Assembly (NCBI GenBank): GCA_965248195.1
Contig: CBDFIQ010000001.1
Span: 512,001-576,000, forward strand
Source: Longimicrobiales bacterium
GTDB lineage: Bacteria > Gemmatimonadota > Gemmatimonadetes > Longimicrobiales > Gaopeijiaceae
Length of the DNA stretch: 64,000 nt
Direction: 5' to 3'
Position numbers and translations under genes: made by a program. Positions 8,366-17,742 of the stretch are shown one piece after another; the stretch's first letter is position 1, and the number at the start of each line of letters is the position of its first letter. The notes below the pieces were generated by a model. That model was not told where the DNA came from and did no database searches. It was given only the letters and a program-made list of their open reading frames with translations.

Positions 8366-10693
8366 ATGATGTCCCCGCTGATGCTCACCGCCGCGCTTGT
8401 AGTCATGCAGGTGCCTGCCGGTGGAGCGACCCCTGACGGAGCCGCCCCCAGGGGAGAGTTTCGCGACGACGAGACACCCGCCGGAGTGATCGAGGGGGTC
8501 GTGCGCACCCACGAGGGGACGCACGCTCGCCCCCTCCCCTACGCCATCATCCAGGTCTCGACCCTAGGCAAGCAGCGGGTGACCCTGGCCGACAGCCTAG
8601 GGCGATACCGTATCGAGGAGGTGCCCCAGGGGACGGTGCGTCTGCGGGTCAGCCATGTCGCTCACCGTTCGGCGCGGGTGACCGTGGCGATACCCGACGG
8701 TGGAACCGTCTCCCTCGACATCGATCTCGAATGGAGCCCCCTGGCGCTCCAGCCGATCAGGGTGCTAGCCGATAGGCTGGCCCCACCGAGAAATCCAGCA
8801 CGAACGGACACGCCCCTTCCCACCTTGGAGGTGATGGCTCTTGGAGTGAGCCCGGGACTCGGCGAGACCGGACTCGGCGAGGCGGCCGCGGCTCTGCCCG
8901 GTAACGATCCGGCCGATCCCTCGGACGTCCTGTTCATGCGGGGTTCGACGACCGATCTGAAGCTCGTTCTGCTCGACGGCGCACCCATCTATACGCCGTT
9001 CCACCTCGGGGGTCTTCTCAGCAGTTTCGATGCGTCTGCGCTCGGAGCGGCAGCTCTGCACACGGGGGGCGCTCCAGCTCGCTACGATGGAGGGCTGTCC
9101 TACATCCTCGACCTACGGACTCGCGCGCCCCAGCGTGATCGGCTTCACGTGCGGGGAGGCCTCGACCTCATCAGCGCTAACATCGCGGCCGAAGGACCGA
9201 TCGGGAGAGGTGTAAGTTTCGCTGCCTCCAGCCGAAGCCTGCACGACTACGGGGCCGCGATCTTGGGCGGTGGGCACACCCCATACGGGTACCGGGACGC
9301 TCTGGGTCGCATCGACACTCGGTTGGGTGGGGGTCATTCCCTGAGCGCCACTGCATTCTGGAACCGGGAGTCCGTCCTCCTCAATCTCACGCGAAGTGAC
9401 GCGAGCCCCGGCGCGGCATTTGCAGTCCCCAAGAACGCGACATGGGGGAATCACGCGCTTGTCCTCGCTTACCGCGGGCGTTTGGGCGACATCGCGCTCG
9501 ACGCAACGGCCTCCGCAAGCGGCTACCAGGCCGAGCTTCCGCTGCGGCCGTCTCAAGACGGCCCGACCCCTCCGGCCGATAACGACGGGCTCCTGGCCGG
9601 AGCAGAGACCGGCCGATTGCGTCTGGCCCTCGACGGTTCCGCCCCGCTGGGCCGGTCCCGGCTCCGATTTGGCGCGGTGCTTGACCGGACGGAGACCCTC
9701 TACTCGGCTCGCCCGTTCACGGATGTAGGAACTGGCACCGGCGTCGCACGGGCAGCAGAGGGACTCGCGGCCGGCGTGTACTTGGACGGCGTACGGAACC
9801 TGGCTCCGGGGCTCGACTTGCGAGTCGGCCTACGCGCCGACGCGTTCTCGACCGAAAGAGGTGTCCGTCTCGCACCCAGAGTCGCTTTTTTATGGAGCCT
9901 GAGTGGTGAGGCGCTCCTGACCGTGGCGGCCGGCCGGTACCACCAGTTCTCGCGAGCCTCGGACCAGCAGATCGACTTCACGGTGGCGGGCGGAACGCTC
10001 GCTGCCCCGGCCGGAACGCTCCTCTCGGTCGCCACGGCGGACCATGTGGCCGTGTCGCTGGACCAGGCGCTGACCAGTCGCGTACACCTCGGGATCGAAG
10101 GATTCTGGAAAGGGTTCACCGGCTTAGGAGCGCCCGGGGGTGAAGTTCTGCACAACTCGGGGGTCGACCTCCAAGTGCTCCACGAGAGCGCTCCTGTCAC
10201 GGCGTGGCTCGGATACAACCTGTCCTGGTTCTGGTCCGGAGGAAGTGGGTTCGGCGGAACATCGAATTTCGCCGGCCGGCAACTTCTCAGCGCCGGCTTG
10301 AGAGGATCAGACGACGCGCGGACCGGGGGCGCGGTAACCGTTTCATACAGCGCGGGTCTGCCGTACACGAGCATCCCGTTCGGGAGCAGAGGCAACCAGG
10401 ACGTTACCGCCGCCGAGGCGACCGCGCTTCCGGCCGGGCTCGCTCAAGAGGACCCCGCGTTCTCGGGACGCCCCGATGACGGATTCCTGCGCCTCGACGT
10501 CGAGCTTTTCACCCGTTTCACGGCGCGCATCAGCGGGCACGAGTTCGACGTCCGACCCTACCTCCGCGTGATCAATGCGCTCGACCAGCGCGACGCCCTC
10601 TTCTACTACTTCGAGCCGTGGCGCGACGAAGAGCTCCGCCCGCTCGCACAGCGTAGTCTCCTCCCAGTCCTCGGCGTGGAGTGGCGGTTCTGA
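8366..10693 (+). CDS. TonB-dependent receptor with N-terminal carboxypeptidase-regulatory-like domain
   Basis: GVIEGVV...ADSLGRYRI N-domain, plug (MRG...LDGAPIY.PFH...GGAPARY), C-terminal WRF. Confidence 0.85.
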   Translation: MMSPLMLTAALVVMQVPAGGATPDGAAPRGEFRDDETPAGVIEGVVRTHEGTHARPLPYAIIQVSTLGKQRVTLADSLGRYRIEEVPQGTVRLRVSHVAHRSARVTVAIPDGGTVSLDIDLEWSPLALQPIRVLADRLAPPRNPARTDTPLPTLEVMALGVSPGLGETGLGEAAAALPGNDPADPSDVLFMRGSTTDLKLVLLDGAPIYTPFHLGGLLSSFDASALGAAALHTGGAPARYDGGLSYILDLRTRAPQRDRLHVRGGLDLISANIAAEGPIGRGVSFAASSRSLHDYGAAILGGGHTPYGYRDALGRIDTRLGGGHSLSATAFWNRESVLLNLTRSDASPGAAFAVPKNATWGNHALVLAYRGRLGDIALDATASASGYQAELPLRPSQDGPTPPADNDGLLAGAETGRLRLALDGSAPLGRSRLRFGAVLDRTETLYSARPFTDVGTGTGVARAAEGLAAGVYLDGVRNLAPGLDLRVGLRADAFSTERGVRLAPRVAFLWSLSGEALLTVAAGRYHQFSRASDQQIDFTVAGGTLAAPAGTLLSVATADHVAVSLDQALTSRVHLGIEGFWKGFTGLGAPGGEVLHNSGVDLQVLHESAPVTAWLGYNLSWFWSGGSGFGGTSNFAGRQLLSAGLRGSDDARTGGAVTVSYSAGLPYTSIPFGSRGNQDVTAAEATALPAGLAQEDPAFSGRPDDGFLRLDVELFTRFTARISGHEFDVRPYLRVINALDQRDALFYYFEPWRDEELRPLAQRSLLPVLGVEWRF

Positions 10694-10740
10694 CGTCACG
10701 AATCGCCACCGCAGTCTGACGTCACGAATCGCTGCCGCAG
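10689..10740. repeat. 26-bp tandem direct repeat (2 copies, 24/26 identical)
   Basis: tctgacgtcacgaatcgccaccgcag / tctgacgtcacgaatcgctgccgcag. Confidence 0.95.
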
Positions 10741-10746
10741 TTCGTT
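10721..10746 (+). promoter_or_regulatory. Putative ECF sigma promoter GTCAC-N17-CGTT
   Basis: Matches the motif at 6833-6858; about 65 nt upstream of ATG 10812. Confidence 0.6.
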
Positions 10747-10811
10747 TCTCTAGTGTTCCGATGCCCGAGTTCGCGAGCCCAGCTCCGACTCCCTTCGATT
10801 GGAGAAACGAG

Positions 10812-12314
10812 ATGTCACTCCCCACACCGTCATCGCTCCTCGCCCACTCGGCGCTGCTCACGGCAATCCTGTGTACGGCTGCCCTGTGGACTCTTCCGGC
10901 GCGCTCCGAGGCCCAGGTCATTGCGCTCAAAACCGTCCCGCTCGCAACCGGTGATCAGTTCCTGCTCCTCCCCTCCGAACGTCTCGGGATGGGAGGCGTC
11001 TCCGTCGCGCTCGACGACATGCTGCTCGATCCGTTCGTCAACCCTGCCAAGGGGGCGCTCATCGACGAGTCGGTCCTTCTGGGAACTCCGACATTCTACG
11101 GGATCTCCAACCAAAGCGGCGCCGGCCGGTCTCTCCCGTTTACAGCGCTCTTCCGCTCGGACGGCGGCTTCGGCGCCATTTCGTTTGCTCTTCAGCAGCT
11201 GGTAGCGGGGCAGAGGCGCGACATCTTCTTTGCGACCGACGTGATTTGGCCTGGGCCGGAGCCACGCCTCCGCGTTTTGTCCGCCACCAATCTGTACGTG
11301 AACGGATCGGTCGGCACGGAGCTCGGCGAAAGCGGCTTCTCGGTAGGCGCGGGCGCCTCCTGGGCGGGCCTCGACGCTCTCGACGGGGTGGAGCACCTCT
11401 ACGCCCTGAGCAACGCAATCGAACAATCGGGCCACCAGGCTGATTACCGGGCGGGCCTGTTCTGGGACCGAGGGGATCAGCACTTCGAGGCCGTGCTCGT
11501 CCACAACCGATTCAACATGAAGCACAATGTGTCTTACATCGACTGGCGTTGGGACCCGGAAAGGCAACGAACCATCTTGACCGAGCGAGTCGAAACCAAC
11601 CGCGATCGTACCCGCACGACGGGTCTCCAGTTGGGTTTCTCACGCCCGATCACCGAAAGCGGGTGGAGGGTCGGCGGCACATGGACCGTGAACCGCAAGA
11701 CACATCCCAAGATTCCGAACTACGAGATCATGAACATCCCTCGGGATCCGGGGATATCCTGGGCTTACGACTTCGGAGTCGGCATCGCGAAGTCGAGCGG
11801 GCCCGCCACCTTCGGAATCGACGTGGTCGTCGAACCGATCTGGAGCGACACATGGGTGGAAGCCGCGGTGGATACGGTCGGTGTCAACGAGCAGGTGGTC
11901 CGCAAGGGAGACAAGACCGTGGAGAATGACTTCTTTTTTACCAACGTGCAGATGCGTCTCGGGCTCGCATATGAGCTCGAGCATGCATCGTTCCAGGCGG
12001 GCGTAGAGGTGCGCTCCTACGCCTACAGCTTAAAACAACGTGATCACATTCAGGATACGAAGCGCGATCAGGAGGAAAGCTGGATGGAGTGGTCGCCGAG
12101 CTTCGGCGCCAAGGCCAAGTTCTCCGAGTTCGAGATCGGCTACCAGGGGCGGCTGACCACGGGGTCCGGCCGGCCGGGCGTACAGTGGACGGGGGAGCGA
12201 GCGGACGCCGTACTGATGGCAGCCGACTTCATCATCGCACCCAGCGGCCCGTTGACGCTACAGGACGCTCTCGTGGTCACCCATCGCCTGACCGTCTCGG
12301 TGCCGATCCGGTGA
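10812..12314 (+). CDS. Secreted, probable outer-membrane beta-barrel protein
   Basis: GGAG RBS, signal peptide (SEA|Q), LGMGGVSVA...NPA N-terminal motif reminiscent of FadL/PorV-like barrels, alternating beta strands. Confidence 0.7.
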   Translation: MSLPTPSSLLAHSALLTAILCTAALWTLPARSEAQVIALKTVPLATGDQFLLLPSERLGMGGVSVALDDMLLDPFVNPAKGALIDESVLLGTPTFYGISNQSGAGRSLPFTALFRSDGGFGAISFALQQLVAGQRRDIFFATDVIWPGPEPRLRVLSATNLYVNGSVGTELGESGFSVGAGASWAGLDALDGVEHLYALSNAIEQSGHQADYRAGLFWDRGDQHFEAVLVHNRFNMKHNVSYIDWRWDPERQRTILTERVETNRDRTRTTGLQLGFSRPITESGWRVGGTWTVNRKTHPKIPNYEIMNIPRDPGISWAYDFGVGIAKSSGPATFGIDVVVEPIWSDTWVEAAVDTVGVNEQVVRKGDKTVENDFFFTNVQMRLGLAYELEHASFQAGVEVRSYAYSLKQRDHIQDTKRDQEESWMEWSPSFGAKAKFSEFEIGYQGRLTTGSGRPGVQWTGERADAVLMAADFIIAPSGPLTLQDALVVTHRLTVSVPIR

Positions 12315-12376
12315 AGCGCACGCCGGTTGCTCGAGCACCTCATCTCGAGCATCGACAACCCGACCATGGGTGACCG

Positions 12377-12757
12377 GTGATCTACCTGCTGCTGGCCGAC
12401 GCCGTGGTCATTCTTCACTTCACTTTTATCGTTTTCGTGGTGTTTGGCGCGCTCACGGCATACCGCTGGCCCAAGATGGTCTGGGCTCACGTTCCATGCG
12501 CGCTGTGGGGAGCATGGATCGAAATCACGGGTGGAATTTGTCCCCTGACTCCGTTTGAAGTTCGCTTTCGCGAGATGGGGGGGACGGAGGGATACGCGGG
12601 CGGTTTCATCGAGCACTACCTGGTGCCGATCATCTACCCGTCCGGCCTGACACGGTCCGCCCAGTTGCTCCTGGGAGGCGCGGTGGTCGCCGTCAACGTA
12701 AGCGCTTATGGATTCCTGCTGTGGCGTCGCCGGTCAGCCAAGCCCTTGGAAGGGTGA
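12377..12757 (+). CDS. DUF2784 family membrane protein
   Basis: LADAVVILHF, CPLTPFE and GFIEHYLVPIIYP motifs. Confidence 0.88.
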   Translation: MIYLLLADAVVILHFTFIVFVVFGALTAYRWPKMVWAHVPCALWGAWIEITGGICPLTPFEVRFREMGGTEGYAGGFIEHYLVPIIYPSGLTRSAQLLLGGAVVAVNVSAYGFLLWRRRSAKPLEG

Positions 12758-12778
12758 TCGGAAAGGGGGGTGGGCCTG

Positions 12779-14935
12779 CTACCGGCTCCGCAGCTTGAAG
12801 ACGTAAAGCGCGTTTCCGTTCTGGGGATGCCGGATCTCTGGTGACAACGCACGCGGCACACCACGAGGACTTCCGCCGCCCACCCCGGCGCTGATGGCGA
12901 TGTACTGCTCTCCATCCGCCTCGAATGACACCGGAAAGCCTTGGACCGACGTCCCGAGCCTGGTCTGCCATAGAACGTCGCCGTTCCGAACGTCGTAGGC
13001 GCGGAAGTAGCGATCGAGGTCGCCCGCGAACACCAGGCCGCCCCCCGTGCTGAGCGTTGCCGTGAGGAAGGCCGCCCGCTGTTCGACACTCCAGAGCTCT
13101 TCCATGGTATCGATTTCGTAGGCGCCGAGTTTGCCCAGGCGACCGTTGGTTCCGGGCATGACATTAAAACGCCGGGACGCGCTCGTGCCGCCCGAACCGG
13201 GCTCGAGCACCATCGGGCGCCCCTGGATCTCCAGGCAACTCTGTGAGAGCGGAACGATGAGCGCGTTCACTTCGGGGCTATAGGACATCGAGGGCCAGTT
13301 GTGGCCGCCTGCGGTGCTCGGGCACACCGACACCCAGTCGCCGATTCCGGCCGAAGCGATGTCTTCGCGGTAGCGCACAACGCCGGTTCGGGGATCGATG
13401 AAGTCGAAAATGTTCTGGTAGACCGATTCCTTGTGCGCCAAGTACTGTCCGCTCTCCCGGTTCAGCTTCCAGAGGATTCCGTGTTTCCCCATAGCAAAAA
13501 GCAGGCGTTGCCCGTTGCGATCGATCAGGATCTGCTCGAAGGCCTCGTCCAGGTCGAGCGATTCTCCGGGAACGTGCTGGCGGTACCAGACGATGGAGCC
13601 GTCGTCCGGATCGATCGCCAGGGTGGAGTTGGAGTAGAGTGCTGCGTCCTGAACGGTGAGGCCACGGCTCGCGGCCACCCACGGCTTGGCCTGGGCCGTC
13701 CCCCAGTAGATGAGCCCGAGCTCGGGATCGTAGCTGCCGGTGTTCCACACGTCGACACCCCCTCGGAGCTCCAACGGCAGATCACCCCAGGTGTCGCCCC
13801 CGGGCTCTCCCGGACGGGCAACCGTGAAGGTGCGCCACACTTCCTCGCCAGTGACGGCGTCGTGCGCCGTGATAAAGCAACTCTCTTCGAAGAAGCGGGT
13901 GCACCCATTGATGCCGTTCAGTACCTTCCCCTCGACGACGATCGGACCGGCCGCGTTGGTGAAGCCCTGGTGATAGTCGGCGATCTGAGTCTCCCACACC
14001 GTCTCCCCCGTGCGGGCGTTCAGCGCCACCATGTAGGCGTCCCTGGTCGGGACGAAGATGTTCTCGCCGTAGATCGCCAGGTTGCGGAGTTGACTGAAAC
14101 CACCGCGTGAAAAGTCGTCCGCGAATTCGCGCCTGTACTGCCAGAGCAGAGTGCCGTCGGTCCCGTCGAGGGCCTGAATGACGTTGCCCGGATTGGCGAG
14201 GTAAACGATGCCGTCATGCACCAGGGGCGTCGGCTGGCTGGTCCCGTCGCCCATGGCCCACACCCAGGCGAGGCTCAAATCGTCTACGTTGCTCCGGTCG
14301 ATCTGGTCGAGTGGGCTGTAGCCCTGCGAATCGTAGGTCCGCCGGTAGATGAGCCAATCCCCATCGTCTGGATCGAGGAGCTCCTGCTGCGTAACCGGCT
14401 CGAAGTCGGCGACCTCGTGGAAGGTTTCAGTCACGCCTACGGGACTAGCCCGCCCGCCATCGGCCGCCGCCGCCCGCCTGCCTGCGGCAGCAGCCGCAGA
14501 AACCTCGGCCACGGCCCCAGTGAGCATCGACCCTACGTTCGTTTCGCGATCCGCTTGGACCACCCGGCCGTCCCTCTCCAGACCGTTGGCCGCGAGCAGG
14601 TAGACCGTGATGGCATCGTATTCGGCGCCCCTCAACGAGTTCGGAGCCGTGGGAGGCATCGTGCGAACCGTCGCACGGAATTCGCTCAGCGTGCGCTCTG
14701 TCCAGACCGCACGGAAGTTGGGACCCGCCAACTCGGGCGCCTCGAAGGATCCCAGGAGGTTTACGAGGTGGCAGCCCGCGCACGCCCTCTCATAAGCAAC
14801 CTGGCCAGCGGTGTGCACCTCCTCGGACAGCGAGAGAGGACCTGCGTCCTGAGCGCTCAGTGACGACCCCGGTGAGAGGAGAAGCGGCGCAGCCGCGATC
14901 ACAGCCCAGGAAAAAGACTTCACAAAGTTCTTCAT
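12779..14935 (-). CDS. PQQ-dependent dehydrogenase-like protein with N-terminal cytochrome c
   Basis: Signal peptide, CAGCH, then PQQ propeller (DWLIYRR...YSPLDQI, W-docking repeats, [16 protein letters not shown]). Confidence 0.88.
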   Translation of the reverse strand: MKNFVKSFSWAVIAAAPLLLSPGSSLSAQDAGPLSLSEEVHTAGQVAYERACAGCHLVNLLGSFEAPELAGPNFRAVWTERTLSEFRATVRTMPPTAPNSLRGAEYDAITVYLLAANGLERDGRVVQADRETNVGSMLTGAVAEVSAAAAAGRRAAAADGGRASPVGVTETFHEVADFEPVTQQELLDPDDGDWLIYRRTYDSQGYSPLDQIDRSNVDDLSLAWVWAMGDGTSQPTPLVHDGIVYLANPGNVIQALDGTDGTLLWQYRREFADDFSRGGFSQLRNLAIYGENIFVPTRDAYMVALNARTGETVWETQIADYHQGFTNAAGPIVVEGKVLNGINGCTRFFEESCFITAHDAVTGEEVWRTFTVARPGEPGGDTWGDLPLELRGGVDVWNTGSYDPELGLIYWGTAQAKPWVAASRGLTVQDAALYSNSTLAIDPDDGSIVWYRQHVPGESLDLDEAFEQILIDRNGQRLLFAMGKHGILWKLNRESGQYLAHKESVYQNIFDFIDPRTGVVRYREDIASAGIGDWVSVCPSTAGGHNWPSMSYSPEVNALIVPLSQSCLEIQGRPMVLEPGSGGTSASRRFNVMPGTNGRLGKLGAYEIDTMEELWSVEQRAAFLTATLSTGGGLVFAGDLDRYFRAYDVRNGDVLWQTRLGTSVQGFPVSFEADGEQYIAISAGVGGGSPRGVPRALSPEIRHPQNGNALYVFKLRSR

Positions 14936-15197
14936 AGGAGTGTGTCCAGTAGGTCGACGGATCCGGTTTTGGGCGGGTGGCGCACGCGCACGGCGGCCCA
15001 GCTCCCCGCACCGGTGCTCGCCTCAGTCTGTGTCCCCTGCGCACGCACCGCAACCGCCTCACCTTCCCTTACAATCGTTGGCTCCAACCGTTGGCCCGTG
15101 AGCGGTGTCTTATTGTCTGAACGCTCGCGTGCGAGTGCCGGGGCCAAGGACCGACACGACGCACGATCCTGCGACGGATCGAGGGGGGTGGTTTTTG

Positions 15198-17654
15198 ATG
15201 GACACGGCAATCCAGGATCTGAAGTTCGTCTTCCGGTCGATGGCCCGGCGTCCCGGGTTCACGGCGGCGGTCCTTCTCACGCTGGGGCTCGGCATCGGTG
15301 CGAATACGGCGATCTTCAGCGTCGTCAACGGCGTGCTGCTCGATCCCCTTCCTTTCGAGGCGGCCGATCGTCTGGTCACGCCGAACGTCATGTCGACCCA
15401 GGGCTTTTACATCTCGACTTCGATCCCGAACTACTACGACTGGAAGGACCAGTCCCGCTCATTCGAGGCGTTCGGAGCGTACAGGGGCACCAACGCGGTA
15501 CTGACCGGCCTGGACCGGCCGGAAGTGGTCCGGGCGAGGCAGGTATCGGGCGATTTTTTTGAGGTGCTTGGTGTCGATGCCGCCTTCGGCCGAACGATCA
15601 CCGCGGAGGAGTCCGAGCCCGGAGCCCCGGCGATCGCGACAATCAGCCACCGCTTTTGGGAGAATCGGTTGGGGGGCGATGCCGACGTATTGGGCCGCAC
15701 TCTGACGTTGAACGACCGACCCTTCGAGATCATTGGCGTGATGCCGGAGGGCTTCGAGTTCCCGTCGCCCACGGATGACGTCTACCTGCCGATGGGCTAC
15801 TTCTCCGAGATGCTCGCGTGGAACATGCGCTCGAGCTCCTCCGGAACTCGAGCCATCGGCCGTCTCCTCCCGGATGTGAGCATCGAACAGGCTCAGACCG
15901 ATCTGTCACGGATCACGCAGGCCATTCGCGAAGGCGAGGATGAGACGGCCGCGGCCCCCGAACTCGTGTCCGTCTCCGACTTCTATGTGGGCGACATGCG
16001 GACGCCGGTGTGGATCTTGATGGGAGCCGTAGGCTTCGTGCTCCTGATCGCGTGCGCCAACGTGGCGAATCTCCTTCTGGCCCGGGGAGAGGGCCGTCAA
16101 CGTGAGCTGGCTGTACGGGCCGCCATGGGGGCGAAGCGCAACCGTGTAATCCGGCAACTCCTCACGGAAAGTCTTGTCCTGGGTCTTCTTGGGGGCGCTC
16201 TGGGCGTGGCGCTGGCCTCGCTGGCCGTAGCGGCCATGGTCCGGTCGCTGCCGGATACCTTTCCCTCGCTTCTCACGAGCCGGATCGCGATCGACCCCAC
16301 GGTGCTCGGCTTCACGTTCGCGTTAGCCCTCGTGACCGGCCTCATCTTCGGGTTCGTCCCCGCGTGGCGGTCGTCGAGTCCGAATCTCGTCTCGACGCTC
16401 AAGGAGGGGGGACGCGGCGGGTCGTCCAAGGGCGGGCAAAGCATGCGCTCGGCGCTGGTGGTGGCCGAAGTAGCCCTCTCTCTCCTGCTCCTCACCGGAG
16501 CCGGCCTCCTGATCAAGAGCCTGGACCAGCTCCGCCAGGTGGACAAGGGCTTCGACGAGACCAACGTCCTCACCCTGAGCGTGCCGCTCTCCGAAGCGAA
16601 GTACACGGAGGAGGGTGTGTGGCAGTCCTTCCAGGAAGAGCTTCTGCGGCGCGTAAAGGCGCTTCCAGGAGTCGAATTCGCGGCTACGAGCAACATTCTT
16701 CCGCTCGGAAGAAACGGTTGGGAGACATCGATCTCACCCGAAGGTGTGGACCCCCGCGACCAAGATAACCGGAACTCCGTGCTCAACATGATCGTCCACA
16801 CAGATTACTTCGATGCCATGAGCATCCCGATCATCAGGGGCCGCGGCTTCACGCTGGCCGATAACGCATCGAGTTCGCCGGTCGCCGTCGTCGATGAAAC
16901 GTTGGCCGAGAGCTACTGGCCAGGCGAGGATCCAATCGGGAAGCGGATCACGATGGAGTGGGACCGAAACGACCAGCCCGGCCTGTCGAAGGATGATGTT
17001 CCGGTGTACCGGACGGTGGTCGGCGTCGCCAAGCACGTCCGTCACTACGAGTTACAGGAGCCTTCACGCATCGAGATCTATCGGCCCACGCTTCAAGCCA
17101 ACGATACTTGGGGCTTCTCCCCGTTTCTCATCGTGAAGACGGCCACCGACCCGGTTCCTCTCGTGCAGGCCGTTAGGGACGAAATTACGGCGATGGACGG
17201 CGACCAACCCGTGTTGCTGGTCCGGACGATGAGTGACGTGGTCGAATCTCAGGTCGCCACCTTCTCCGCGATGCGCGGACTCCTGGTCATTTTCGGAGCG
17301 TTGGCGCTCGCGCTGGCTGCAATCGGCATTTACGGCGTCATGTCTTACTCCGTGGCCCAGAGAGTACGCGAGATCGGCATCCGCATCGCGCTGGGCGCCC
17401 AAGCGGGACAGGTACGGTGGCTGATGTCGAAGCAGGGCCTGCGGCTCGCGTTGGCCGGGCTCGCTCTCGGGTTGGTCGGCTCTGTGGCGATAACGCGCGC
17501 GCTTCAGAGCCTGCTCTTCGGTGTGGGGGCAGCCGAGCCCGCGACTATGGCCTGGGTATCGGTCATCTTGCTCGCGGTGACGATCCTCGCCACCTACGTT
17601 CCAGCTGCGCGGGCCACACGCGTCGACCCGGGGACCGTCTTGCGCGAGGAGTGA
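15198..17654 (+). CDS. ADOP-type duplicated ABC permease (MacB/FtsX x2)
   Basis: LGIGANTAIFSVVN, LLIACANVANLLLAR, REIGIRIALGA, PAARATRVDP. Confidence 0.93.
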   Translation: MDTAIQDLKFVFRSMARRPGFTAAVLLTLGLGIGANTAIFSVVNGVLLDPLPFEAADRLVTPNVMSTQGFYISTSIPNYYDWKDQSRSFEAFGAYRGTNAVLTGLDRPEVVRARQVSGDFFEVLGVDAAFGRTITAEESEPGAPAIATISHRFWENRLGGDADVLGRTLTLNDRPFEIIGVMPEGFEFPSPTDDVYLPMGYFSEMLAWNMRSSSSGTRAIGRLLPDVSIEQAQTDLSRITQAIREGEDETAAAPELVSVSDFYVGDMRTPVWILMGAVGFVLLIACANVANLLLARGEGRQRELAVRAAMGAKRNRVIRQLLTESLVLGLLGGALGVALASLAVAAMVRSLPDTFPSLLTSRIAIDPTVLGFTFALALVTGLIFGFVPAWRSSSPNLVSTLKEGGRGGSSKGGQSMRSALVVAEVALSLLLLTGAGLLIKSLDQLRQVDKGFDETNVLTLSVPLSEAKYTEEGVWQSFQEELLRRVKALPGVEFAATSNILPLGRNGWETSISPEGVDPRDQDNRNSVLNMIVHTDYFDAMSIPIIRGRGFTLADNASSSPVAVVDETLAESYWPGEDPIGKRITMEWDRNDQPGLSKDDVPVYRTVVGVAKHVRHYELQEPSRIEIYRPTLQANDTWGFSPFLIVKTATDPVPLVQAVRDEITAMDGDQPVLLVRTMSDVVESQVATFSAMRGLLVIFGALALALAAIGIYGVMSYSVAQRVREIGIRIALGAQAGQVRWLMSKQGLRLALAGLALGLVGSVAITRALQSLLFGVGAAEPATMAWVSVILLAVTILATYVPAARATRVDPGTVLREE

Positions 17655-17742
17655 CCCGACCCTCGCGCGTCGCTCTCAAACACTCTAACCTCCCCGGACG
17701 CCGCCCCGAAGGCTGGACAGCCTTCCAACGCCGCGAGGAGGG

